Origin: Octopus bimaculoides
Taxonomy: Eukaryota
Assembly (NCBI RefSeq): GCF_001194135.2
Contig: NC_068981.1
Coordinates: 152,387,151 to 152,444,811 of the forward strand
Length of the DNA: 57,661 nucleotides
Reading direction: 5' to 3'
Each line of letters starts with the position of its first letter. Within the stretch, counting starts at the first letter, position 1. Below, piece by piece: positions 41,280 through 53,061 of the stretch. Under the pieces are notes generated by a model. It made no database searches and had not been told where the DNA came from. It was given only the letters and a program-made list of their open reading frames with translations. Made by a program: the position numbers and the translations under genes.

Positions 41280-42235
41280 TATGTTCGTATTTTATCTTTT
41301 ATCTCTTCACTGTTTCAGTCATTAGACTGCGACTATGCTGGTGTATCGCGTCGAAGAACTTTAGTCAGACGAATTGACTTCAATACTTTTCTTAAAGCCT
41401 GGTACTTATTCTATTGGTTTATTTTTGCCCAACCTCTAAGTTACGGGGGACGTAAATACAACACCGGTTGTCAAGCACTGAGGGGGTGGGGGCAACACTA
41501 ACAGATACACATATGCATAAAAGGTAAAAGACAGAAATTTAGACAGTATCACGTGACAACTTGCTAGGGAAGCCTGCTGGAGCCTAGCAGCAGGTATAAA
41601 AAGGGGAATTTGACAAGACAATCAGTCGGACGCTGACACTGCATCGAAGAGGCCAGGGAATAGAAGAAAGAAGACATGCACCCAACACCAGAGCTGAAGA
41701 CACCTCCGAAAGGGGGTCCCCGCCACGTCAAAACGGTAGAGGAGTAGGACCGAAACCGGACGTGGTTCCTCCTGATGATGTCTTGAGCTAACTGGATCCT
41801 ATAAAGGAGCTGTTGTGGTAGCAGACCACGAAACATGGTTGAAATTCCGTCCTATATATTTATACACACACACACACAGTCTTTCAGTTTCGGACTACTA
41901 ANNNNNNNNNNNNNNNNNNNNNNNNNCCCCGCCACGTCAAAACGGTAGAGGAGTAGGACCGAAACCGGACGTGGTTCCTCCTGATGATGTCTTGAGCTAA
42001 CTGGATCCTATAAAGGAGCTGTTGTGGTAGCAGACCACGAAACATGGTTGAAATTCCTTCCTATATATTTATACACACACACACACAGTCTTTCAGTTTC
42101 GGACTACTAAATTCTTTCACAAGGCATTAGTCGGCACAAGGCTATAGTAGATACACTAGCCTAAGGTGCCGCGAATTGGAACTGAACCGGCAACCATGTG
42201 GTTGGGAAGCAAACTTCATGCCACACACCAGTAAC
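41280..42235 (-). mobile_element. SINE family A split by the 41522-41855 insert and an assembly gap
   Basis: Tail half at about 41280-41520 and head half at about 42070-42235 match family A. Confidence 0.7.
41522..41855 (+). mobile_element. GC-rich non-coding insert with TATA box and hammerhead core motifs (pLTR- or retrozyme-like)
   Basis: CACGTG at 41550, TATAAAAA at 41595, CTGAAGA at 41694, GAAAC at 41752, CTGATGA at 41772, GAAAC at 41830; sits in the SINE's internal microsatellite. Boundaries approximate. Confidence 0.55.
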
Positions 42236-42394
42236 TTGATATGTGTCGATTCAATCCTTCAATGTCGAATAAACTATTTTGTCAATGTGAGAGAAATATA
42301 TACCGAGTCGATCTATTTGGTTATACTTCTTCCCTGCAGATGTTAACCGAGTAAAAAAGACCGAATTGCTACCTCTTAAAATTACTTTGCGGTA

Positions 42395-43083
42395 TACCTC
42401 CACATGTGCACCCTACCGATTTTGTTGCCTCATAACTTCCAGAAAATTGATATTTTTCAATGAAATTTTCTACAAATACGCTTCAGATTCCAAATTATAT
42501 GAGAATTTGTGGTTTTCAGATTCCGATTATATGAGAATTTGTGGTTTTTAAAAAAAAAATTTCTGAGGGTGGGGTAGGGAGTTTCGGAAAATTCATACGA
42601 GTCGGCTTTGTTTCCTCATAGCTTTCGGGAAAACGGGTATTTTTTAAGAAATGTTCTACAAATCCCTTTCAAAGTGTTTAAATTACGATTATACCTTTCT
42701 TTAATATGAAGAAGAAAATTGGCTCACGCACACATTCATACTGACAGATAATTTTTTTTTTTCTTTTTTTTTCGAAATTTCCAGTTTCATCTTGTAGATA
42801 TATATATATATATGATGTGTGTTAGTATGTGTGTGTATGAGTCCACTAATTTTGTCTTTCATAGTAAAGTCCCATATAATCGTAATCTACACATCTTGAA
42901 ATGTGAATTTTCCGAAACTCCTCTCTCCACTTACGAAAAGTTCTTTTTCACAACAAATTCTGATATAATCGGAATCTTTACCATCTGAAGTGTATTTATT
43001 GAAAACTTCATGCAAGAAATATCCGTTTTTCTGGATGTTATGAGACAACAAAGTCGGTGGCGAGGTACACACATGTGGAGGTA
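42395..43083. mobile_element. MITE with long imperfect TIRs, superfamily unassigned
   Basis: Perfect terminal TACCTCCACATGTG / CACATGTGGAGGTA; inverted similarity continues about 200 bp inward. Confidence 0.8.
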
Positions 43084-43734
43084 TGCCTTACTTAGCAATT
43101 ACTCGCCGTTTTTAAAATATATGAATTACAAGATAAGGAAATTTGGCACTCGTTATTTGATAACAGAAATTGGGAATCCTTTCCCGTTTACACATCTGAA
43201 AATATTCACTGATAAAGTGAACCTGCTATAAAATTTTTATAGAATATTAAATCCGTGGCATGAATTATAAATCACTTCAAACTTGAGTACGAAACGAAGG
43301 TGCTTTATTGCGTACTTATTATATGAAAAGGGGAAATGGTATATATTTTACATTCAGTTTTAAAGCATGTTAAGTCTTACTAAAATTTACTGTATATTCC
43401 ATTTCCTAAATAATATTGCGTTTCTAGTATTTTTATTTACAAGAATTTTGTTGTTGTTTAGACTCAAATCAACCCTAATCGTCTAGCTCTGTAGGTAAAG
43501 TCTTCTGGCTTTCTTTGCCTTTCCATCTCTCTCTCTCTCTCTCAAGTTGCATTATTTTTCAGTTGAATGTTACTATTGTCGGGCCATAGTAGATGACACT
43601 AGTCGAAGGCGCCACGCAGTGGGACTGAACTCGGAACTATGTGGTTGGAAAACAAACTTCTTAACACACAGACACGCTATTATTTTTTGTAGATCGAGCG
43701 ACCACATGGAATAACATCATTAGATTTCTACTTA

Positions 43735-43893
43735 AGGTGGTGAGCTGCCAGAATCGTTTGCACACCGAGCAAAATGTTTAGAGACATTTCGTCCATTCTG
43801 AATTCAAATTTCGCCAAAGTCGACTTTGCCTTTCATCCTTTCGGATTCAAAAAATAAGTACCACTTGAAAACGGGTGTCGATGTAATCGACTT
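43735..43893 (+). mobile_element. SINE family B
   Basis: ggtggtgagctgccagaatcgtttgcac...ttctgaattcaaatttcgccaaagtcgactttgcctttcatcctttcgg...gtcgatgtaatcgactt. Confidence 0.75.
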
Positions 43894-44530
43894 AGTGAAG
43901 CTTGGGTACTCAAATTGCTACGATGTTTGGGTAACACATGATCTGAGTGAATAAGAATCTTTTGTATCCATTTCTGTCTGTGATTTGCTGTATAAACGCA
44001 ACGAAAATGCACCCTTTTTGAAGCAAATTTTGATGGGTGATGAGAAATGGATCGTTCACAACAATGTTCAGCGAAAAAGATCCTGGGGTAAGCGACATGA
44101 GCCACCTTTAGCCACCCCCTAAATAGGTCTTCATCCTAAGAAAGTCATGCTCTGCCTCTAGTTAGATTGGAAATAAATCCTGTACTATGAGCTTCTGCCA
44201 AGTAACAGGTCGATTAATTCTGAGAAATACTGCTCGCAACTGAACAATTTAAAAGCAGCAATTGAAGAAAAACGCTCAGAATTGGCGAACAGGAAAGGTG
44301 TCGTTTTCCTCACGTTTCTTTGGCGACCCGTCTAAAACTGCTGCAGCTTGCCTGAGATGTGTTACAAGATCCGCCATATTCACCAGACATTGCTCCTTCG
44401 AATTTTCTTTTATTTAGGTCCTTGCAAAATAATCTCAATGGTAAAATTTTCAATTCTTTGGAGGATATAAAAAAATCACCTTAATGAGTTCTTTGCCAAG
44501 GAAACCACCGAGATTTTGAGAAGATGGAAT
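43890..44530 (+). mobile_element. Mariner transposase remnant (mellifera/cecropia-like)
   Basis: DVWVTHDLSE (WVPHEL motif), PFLKQILMGDEKWIVHNNVQRKRSWG, LHPKKVML, PPYSPDIAPS, FRSLQNNLNGK; stops and frameshifts; no TIRs seen. Confidence 0.88.
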
Positions 44531-44852
44531 ACTTTTTCGATTTCTAACATTGGCATCATGATACAGAAAATTGCTATCGGTCACCTTTTACCAATGCAAG
44601 AAGAAAGTAAGGGACTGTAGTAGATTGAATTGAACCTAGTATTTTACTACTATTATTTTATTGACAATAGTTGACTCCAGCAGGATATTATCTGATCTTA
44701 AAACGTAAGTGTACGAAACTATTGTTAGTTATTTTGTTTGGCTATGTAGCATTTACTCCAGCACTGTGTAACTATATTTTATATAGGACTATAAAAGAAA
44801 GCATTTTTTTTTTTTTTTACAGTTCTATATTTAAGAGATGAGGAATTGTGTA

Positions 44853-45031
44853 CATTATTTACATTTGACGGATATTTGTCCTCATCTTGTTCGCTGTTAC
44901 CACAACGTTTCGGCTGATATACTCTCCAGCCTTCATCAAGACACCTGATGAAGGCTGGAGGGTATATCAGCCAAAACGTTGTGGTAACAACAAACAAGAT
45001 GGGGACAAATATCCATCAAATGTAAATAATG
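44853..45031. repeat. 179-bp near-perfect palindrome made of head-to-head hammerhead-bearing Penelope-type ends
   Basis: Arms of about 88 bp around an ACA loop (44941-44943); each arm has (C/T)TGATGA-A-GGCTG...CAGCC-(G/A)AAACGTT. Confidence 0.8.
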
Positions 45032-47715
45032 AGCATTTTTTTTCCTCTCTTTTTTATTGTAAGTGTCTGTGACTACAGCTTTCGCAAAGCCTTCGAGACT
45101 ACAATGGCTGCAGGAAAACATGCTAGAAAGGAATACCAGACGGTAATGTTCTAGAAAGAAAATGCTCTGTGCAGGGCTTGGAGGAGAGGACACAACATGA
45201 AGAAAAATAGCCAGAGAAGTGAGTTGAGGATGACACGAATCTAGCTAAGACTAAAGGACAAAGGCCAATGAAGTAGTGGTAGAAAAAGCAGACAGAAGAC
45301 AGTGTGTCTCTGGGCCAGAAGTTTGAATTTGTTTGCGAGCGATTTCATGCTAATTAGACGAGTGGCAACAACATCGTCCAAGATGTAGAAGCAGTACTTC
45401 ATTGTGGATCTTGCAGAGAGACGCCAGTCTTTAGAATGCAGTCTTTACTATGTCAAAGGCTGCGTTTGCCAGCATGTTAAGCCCTAACATTTGAATTGAT
45501 CGCGAGAGTTATGTACTGTTCATGTATAAAGGATGATAAATGATTTCTTAATTGCGACAATTTTTTTTCGCTGTTGTGGGAAAGAAAATTGGCATAAGTC
45601 TAGCGGAGAATGTTTACAAGGTAACTGTTCATGGAATTAATGCAAATTTATTTGATATGAGGTGTCTCGGTTGCATATAGATAATTATAAGATGCAGAAT
45701 GTTAAGAAGCGATGAAAAGTGACATCATCTGCGTACCAGCAAGCGTGATTTGAGACGTCAGCAAACAGAACATTAATGTTCTGAAAGAAAGAATAATATA
45801 GAACCGACTGAACCCTGGAGCTCAGCATACTTGATTAGACTGTCAGTCAGCGTTTCTTCAGCGCAGGCCACTACATTGCGATCTCATCGAAAATCAAGAA
45901 TCGCAGTTTTGACTGAAGATTCACGTGCCAGGCAATTAGAAAGCCACAGACGATTCACTATAGATTAGAATGAAAAAGAAATTTTTTTCTTATTTTATTA
46001 TGTATACTATTTTAACAAAAAAACTTGTAAAATGAGATTTAGATATTTATTCTGTTATATGAAATGTAAAAATTATTTGTACAAAAACAGATGATTTCTG
46101 AATTGTCTCCAAAATAGTTTTGTTTTTTTGTTTTTTTGTTTTTTTCTAAATTCACATTAACTGTCTCATAGTTCTAGCAATGCTAAAATAACAAGATTGG
46201 CTTTCTTGCGTAGTTACGCACGATCCTACTAACTTCACCAAAGATATATGAAGTTGCAAACTTTCTAAGATTTTCATCCAAGAAACAGGAAGTGGTACTG
46301 AAAAGAATTTAATGTCTCGCCTGTTGCCAAGTTACTAGTTTGTGTAGTAACCTTCTTGTTATTAATACCTAAGTATTCTTATTATTTTTAAACTCTTGTA
46401 GTGTAGTAAATATGGATGAGACAGAGAACTGGAATTGGTGTATTTCAATGTCTATTTTTTTGTTCCGCTGTTTTGATGTCGACTTTGAATGTCATTCTTC
46501 CAAGATCAATAAAGTACCTGTAATTTAGTGACATAATAAAACGCATAGATTGTAGAGTAAAGGTAGTTTCCTGTTAACCATATCTGCAATTTATTTGCTA
46601 ATTCTAGCTGTCGCTATTTTGGTTTCCAAAAGGCACCAGCTGAGAATGTAATTAATTATAAAGCCTAAATATAAATATTGACAGAAAATATATATAACTA
46701 TAAATATTGACAGAAAATATATATATACCTATAAATATTGACCGCTATTACTTTCAAAGTAAATATTTTCAATGTTATGTTTCCTGCGTGTTTTTAAATT
46801 GAATTAATTAATAATATTATCAGCATAGATTCTCTTCATGTTTTAATGAGAGAAGGAAGGGCAATTCATGGTATTTTTACAAGGCCTCTGAGATTAGTTG
46901 AGTAAAAGAAGTTATCTTCGGATTGAAGAGCTGGTCTGAAAGTAGCCACGGGTCAGATGATGATATTAAACCGGAGGATGAATTAGGTCATTTGCCTAAC
47001 GTTTAAATTTAAAAAAAAAAGAAACGTCTTTTAATGAGATTTCCAGAACCAAGTAAGATTCAACAGAGACAAAATACAAATATTCCCTGCTTTAAGGAAA
47101 ATAACTGTGTCGCTGTTCATTTGTGAATATCTTCTGGCTCCAAGAAACATACACGCTTTATATGTAAATACTATCTCTAATGAGATTTCCTGAAAATTCT
47201 ATATATTCAACACATTTAAACGAAGGCAAATATGATACAGCCATACGTATTAAATGTTCTTGACCTCTGGTAAGAAATGGAGGTGACGTAGTAGCCGAAA
47301 GTAAGCAACGTATTTCATATCTAAATAACTTATAAAGGAGCAATTTTTCTTTTTTGAAGATTATTAATATAATAAAAATATTGAACTTCATGGTACCAGA
47401 ACGAGCAGCAAGCATACAAACTCAATGCATTACAACTTACAACATGGATTTATATCATAATATCACACCACAGCACACTACACAGACCACCACAGAAGCC
47501 TCTGCGTAGTCTTTTGACCTGCGAGAAATAGCAACTGATATTGCCTCCAGAGTGTTTACCGTTTTACAAAATCAAACTAGAAAACTGGACAAAACAGAGA
47601 ATACTATTGAGAAGATTAAGAAAAAGAGAAAAAGAAAAAAGAGAAAAATGGAACAAAAAAAAACAAAACGATTCACCATCTTGGGTTGAAAAGTTGGGGG
47701 CGCTGGGAAAACTTT

Positions 47716-50346
47716 CTAATGGCTATTGAGACACGCCAGTACGCTTGCAGCGTTGCTGCGGTTGATGGCGAGGCTGATGCGCTGGAATAGCCAAGCGCCC
47801 TCACAAGCCTCACCAGTTACTTCTGGAGTTAGTAGTCCGACCCCACCAAACATCTCGAACGCCACAGAATGGAAAATGTAGTTGGANNNNNNNNNNNNNN
47901 NNNNNNNNNNNNNNNNNNNNNNNNNNNNNNNNNNNNNNNNNNNNNNNNNNNNNNNNNNNNNNNNNNNNNNNNNNNNNNNNNNNNNNNNNNNNNNNNNNNN
48001 NNNNNNNNNNNNNNNNNNNNNNNNNNNNNNNNNNNNNNNNNNNATTTCAGGATTTTGTTTCGCTCGGCCGCAGAAGCTGTGGATCTCGCCCTGACCGCAA
48101 CATCCAGGATGTATGAAGTAGAAGAGTCGCTAACTGTGACATCACAGACAAGTCAGGTCTCTTCCCATCATACCTGGACAATCCAGATGGTTCCAAGATG
48201 GAGGGGATGTTTGCCCGGGCCAAGCTCTTCTTGAATATCAGGTTCAACTCCGTATGCCGCGCGAAGCGACCAGCATTCAGACGGCAAGAAAGACCATGGA
48301 GGCCTGTGGAGTCGAGGAGCCTGCCACAACGACAGATCAAACCCGTGCATACGTCAGCTTCCTCTCTGAGGGTAATGGAGACACGAAGTTCCTCCAAACT
48401 GAGTAGGCCACCAACAATAGCCACAGGGATGGCATCAATCCAGTCACTTGAGTATTTGGCGCTAGCAGAGTAAGCGGCACCTTGAAAACTGGTCTGACTG
48501 GATGAAGAAGGAGTCGAAGGTGGCCTCCGAAATTATGTTGTCCCAAGCTCTCTGACTCCGACAGTCCTCCACCTTCTTAGGAGCACACAAGCCCAATTCC
48601 CTCCAGTGTTGGAGAGTTTCATCCAACACCCTGTTGGAACTGGTCCATGTTGGAGAGAAGAGGATGTTGCTCACCAGGCATGGGTGGAGGAAAGGAAACA
48701 GGGGAGAGAGAGGGATGAACACTTACGAAGACCAAGACCTCCAAATCGCTTGCGCAATGCAACCTGATCGCGGGACATTGGAGAGAGTCTGACAGTGACT
48801 AAGCATTCGAGTTTCTTAAAGATTAGGCTGTCGAAGCGTTGGAGGCACGATGGGAAGCGGTAAGATGAGCTGACCCTGAATAAATAAAGAAGCTTAGGAA
48901 TCGAGAGGTAATTCCTAAGTATGAAAAAACCTTGATGGGATTCTATAGCTTCAGTATTTTTCAGCAAATGCTCAAGGGCAGCCACCTTCGACTGGAAGAT
49001 GGACTCAAAGGCAAGGTCAGTGATTGTGGCACCTAGAGAGCACCAAGCCGATGGGGGAGGGACTGCAATGGAAGGGAAGGACTCTGCAAAAAGTTCAATA
49101 GATGGTTGATGTTGAGAAGCCGAGTGATTGAGGATACAGAGCTTATATTTGGAGCTGTTTACTTGGAGACCCCGGTGACCAAAATCCCCAAACATGTTAG
49201 CAATGGCAAGAACCCTGTCCGGAGCCCCCCCCCCCCAGACAAGCATCGTCGAGATACCAGACGTTGAGCTCTAGCTCGACGCCCATCTTGGGGATGTTAT
49301 CAATGCCCAGTGCGAACAGAGCGGCCCGAGTGGGTCGCCCTGTTGGACTCCTGAGGCGGAAGTGATAAATTGGTCACCAAAAGAGAGACAGGAGGGCTTT
49401 CGATAAACCTGCAAGGCGGTAGAGTTGTGGGACCTTCTCTCTTACTGAGCTGAGGACAACATCACGGCTGATGGAGTTGAAGGCATTCCTAAGGTCAAGT
49501 TTGAGGATGACCTTGAGTGACAAATAGGGCAAGTTGGCATAGGCTCTAGTAGTGTGAGCGGCAGCTTCACATCCCAATTTGGTGCCCACTCATAGGTGGG
49601 TGGGGGGAATCACTCCTCCAATAAGGTAGAGACCGATTGTAAGCACACCTTTGCAGTGAAACAGTGAAGGGTGACCGCAATGGAGCGCAGGTTTCCACTG
49701 GGTTTGGTGAGCCCAAATAATTTTGCATCGAAGAATAGTGGGCGGATATAAGGGAGGACGTTCGCTGAAGAGAAGTGGTTCACAAACTGAGTCAAATCCT
49801 CCAAGAGCTCAAGTCTGGCGTTACCGGCCGATAAGGAGATACCATCCTTGAGGTGTTGAGGCCGAACTGTTTCTGTTCACCCGAAGGCCATCAATTCCTG
49901 CATCTGAACCAGCAGAGATGAAATCGCCATTCTGATGTAATCAGAGGTGAAAACCGGTCTCAAGTATTCTGGAAGATCGGGCCAGTTTAGTTGATTATCA
50001 GGGGGTGCCAGTGGGTGCTTCTCTTTCAGACGTCTAAGAGACTCAGAGTTACACAGAGCGAGGGAGTGTAGAGAAGAGAGGAGATAGACAGCCCCTTTTA
50101 TGTCGAATTCGCTGAATTCAACATTGACTGCGCGTATAAGGTTTATCGGTTGACTGTCAGTAAGCACCCTGCTCGATGTCAAATTAAGGTGAGAAGTGGT
50201 CGGGGTGGATACAAAGAGATGGAACTGTCGCTTGAGAGAGGATGCAAGAGAGCCCGATTTCACATCGTGCACGTGGAGAGAGATGCGGGTGAACAGAAAC
50301 AGTTTCTGCCAGTCGGACGCATTAACGGGCAAATTGACGTTTCTTT
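47716..50346 (-). mobile_element. Decayed CRE-clade non-LTR retrotransposon (RT plus restriction-like endonuclease), 5'-truncated
   Basis: LKEKHP, KLDLRNAFNSISR, GVQQGDPLGPLLF, VWYLDDA, FGGLGLR, CRCGRLLDSTGLHGLSC, RFARH, GKRPD, and C-terminal RSNAASVL; multiple stops and frameshifts; N-gap at 47887-48043. Confidence 0.88.
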
Positions 50347-50506
50347 TGTTATGTCTCAAGCTACTGCTATCTAGCACCTTCGGATGATCTCTACTCAACC
50401 GCTACACAACTGCTACTCGACTTCTACTCAACACTCCTACCATGGCCAGACTACCTCTATTTATATGTCTTGGGCGATCCTTCTTCGCCTGGGGGCGTCG
50501 ACAACA
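50347..50506 (-). mobile_element. Short (160 bp) solo-LTR-like element abutting the CRE 5' break
   Basis: TGTT...AACA termini, TATAAATAG on the minus strand, repeated gagtag motifs; TSD only partial (T-rich). Confidence 0.45.
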
Positions 50507-50624
50507 TTTTTATTACTCATACCTTTTTTTTCATTAACCCTTAGTGTAAAAAAATATTGATTTAGATAGTGTCTTGATCCACTAGGAAATATAGTTTCGC
50601 AAATGCAAATGCTGTTACTATATC

Positions 50625-50965
50625 CTTGTATCTTTTACACGATTCAGTCAGTGGACAGCACCTTGAAACGTTTAGTCGAACAAATCGACCAATGTACTTA
50701 CTTTCTAAGTCTTGCACTTACTCTATCGGTCTTTTTGCTGAACCACTAAGTTACGGGTAAGTAATTAAACCAATATCGGTTCTTGAGCGGTGGTGGGGGG
50801 ACAAGCGCAACACAAACGCACATGCAGATATATTTTTTTTTCAGTTTCCGTCTACCAAATGCTCTTTGTTCGGCCATGGACTTTACTAGAAGACACTTGC
50901 CTAAGGTGCTGCACAGTGGAACTGGACCCAAGATGACATGGTTCGGAAGCAAGCTTCTCAACCAC
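50625..50965 (-). mobile_element. SINE family A
   Basis: Reverse complement matches family A: gacacttgcctaaggtgctgcacagtgg...agcaagcttctcaaccacac. Confidence 0.8.
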
Positions 50966-52096
50966 ACAATCACTTATGCAAAAACAATTTCTTTCTTACG
51001 AATTTTATGATGTATTATTTTGCAAATACAGCTATTGTATCCAGGTGTGTAAAGAAAAATAATTTTTTTAAAACTGAAACCTTGATACATACATACATAC
51101 ATACATACATACATACATACATACATACATACATACGTGCATGCATGCATGCATGAAATCAAAGTGCATTCAATACGTACAATTCTGGCATATTTACCTA
51201 AAGTAGTATTAACTACATTTGATTTCTTATACACATTTTTCAGGTTATAATTTTGTTCATAGAATGCCAAAGCCATATCATTCACCTGAATCCAATAGTT
51301 ATAACTATTTCCCATTGCTTAGCAAAACTGCTAGGACTGTAAGGTTTAAAATAAGTACTACAGAGAAAATAAACGCAAAATTAATATTTGAATGTTGATT
51401 TAAAAAGAGTTTGTTTTTTTCCTAGCAAAAATGTTTGGTACAGGCTGTTTAAAGTAGTTTAATACGTAAAAAAATATAAAGAGAGACGATGTGGGCAGAT
51501 TTCCATGCGATTTTCGATAGATAGTAGATTCATGACTCCAGGGCTTGCGAAAGAAATATGGCAAGGCAGAATAAAACCACTTTTAGTACCTCAGAACATT
51601 TATTGAATTTTAATAGCTTATGTTCTACGGTAAAAATGTATAGAAACCAAACCTTGTGAAGAGAAACGTTCTAACATTCCAAACACAACCATCCCATTTG
51701 CAGATATTTATGGCTCACAACATAATTGATATTCCAAACCTGAAATTCACACAGCCTTATCGGAGTTGGGAGTGGCGAAAATGTCTGCTCAGAATATTTT
51801 CTTTAATTCATTCTATCTTTCACGAAAATATTTGAGTTGAGTGTAACAAACAGTAAAATCTAATTCAACAGTTCATTATTAACTTTCACTGACCAGTTTG
51901 CCGTTTCCGTTTCAATACAATCTCAGTTAAAACATGTTTCACTTGCATTTCTTCTTCGTTATTACTTTCCCCAAGTGTCTTATGAAGTCTCACTCAAGCA
52001 CGCACTCTTTCACTCGTTCATATACATAGGCTGACATGTACACGCACACAATTAGACACTTTTATATGTATATTTGTATGTGTGCGTGTATGTATG

Positions 52097-52130
<34 letters not shown>

Positions 52131-52249
52131 TACGTTTGTGTGTGTGTGTGTGTGTGTGTGTGAGAACACACATCGTATATAGACGCATGTTTTACTTGCT
52201 AGGCTGGGAGGACGAGGCAATGTCCATTGCTTTGGCAAGTATTTATGTT

Positions 52250-52660
52250 TTTGTGTATTTTTAAGATAATACCTGTGGGAAAAACACGAGTTATGCCGGG
52301 ATTCCAGAAAACGATACTCTGGAAAGGAAGGCTGGATGCAGTAATTAGTTTGGAGTTTGGAGAGGGGTAGATATATCAGCGGTGATGAAAGGAGGGGAGG
52401 TGAGTGGGTTCGGGAATGCCAGAGGGGCATGAGCCCAACCACCTTCATGAAACAGAGGTCATTATAATAGCGGTAGAAAAGGCAGAGAGAGGAGACAGCA
52501 CGCTTGTAGGCCTGAGAATTGAACGTGTTTATGAGCGACTTTATATAAATCAGTTGGGCCATCCTATTCTGTATGCTGTACAGGATGTCTCTTTGGGCAG
52601 CGGCAGCAATGTCTCGGATGTGACAAAAATACTGCACTGTGAGTTTCGCCTAAACTTTAT
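52250..52660 (-). mobile_element. Jockey/I-group-like LINE, C-terminal remnant
   Basis: QYFCHI...IQNRMAQLI...KRAVSSLCLFYRYYNDLC...SFPE resembles the RRxVASLSLFYRYY tail of these LINEs. Confidence 0.65.
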
Positions 52661-52681
52661 AGAGTGCCAATAATTATTATA

Positions 52682-53060
52682 TCAGGTCATTAAGAATGAA
52701 ATGTCCGATTTTGAACTGAAAGTTTATTTTACTTTATCTCAACAAAAAGTAATGCAGTTAATCAAAGTATGCACCTAAATTATCAACACATTTTCGCTAT
52801 TTTATCGGTAGCTTATTTATGCCGGCAGCGAAGAATTCTGGAGAGCAAGAGCTGATGAAATCACGAAAGGCTGTTTTTGCATCTTCTTCAGATTTGAGGT
52901 TTTTTCCTTGCTAAAAGCTGTCTAATGCCTGGAAAACGTGATAACCAGTTGGTGCAAGGTCTGGTGAATATGATGAATGACAGAATACTTCCAAGTTCAG
53001 TTCTTGTAACTTGAGTAGCGTTCTTTGTGCAACATGTGGTCGAGCATTGTCTTGCAAGAG
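52682..53060 (-). mobile_element. Mariner 3' remnant (cecropia/Hsmar1-like) inside the LINE
   Basis: LLQDNARPHVAQRTLLKLQEL...YSPDLAPTGYHVFQALDSF...GINKLP...KCVDNLGAYFD*, then a TIR-like end at a TA. Confidence 0.88.
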
Positions 53061-53061
53061 A

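Noticed and set aside
41927-42090. Second copy of the hammerhead-bearing segment, suggesting a tandem retrozyme
   Set aside because: It duplicates the flanking SINE sequence too, differs by about one base and abuts an N-gap; most likely a contig-overlap artefact.
46668-46742. Short tandem repeat (tataaatattgacagaaaatatatata) and the 21-bp duplication at 38241-38282
   Set aside because: Two to three units with no unique spacers; simple slippage duplications, not CRISPR-like.
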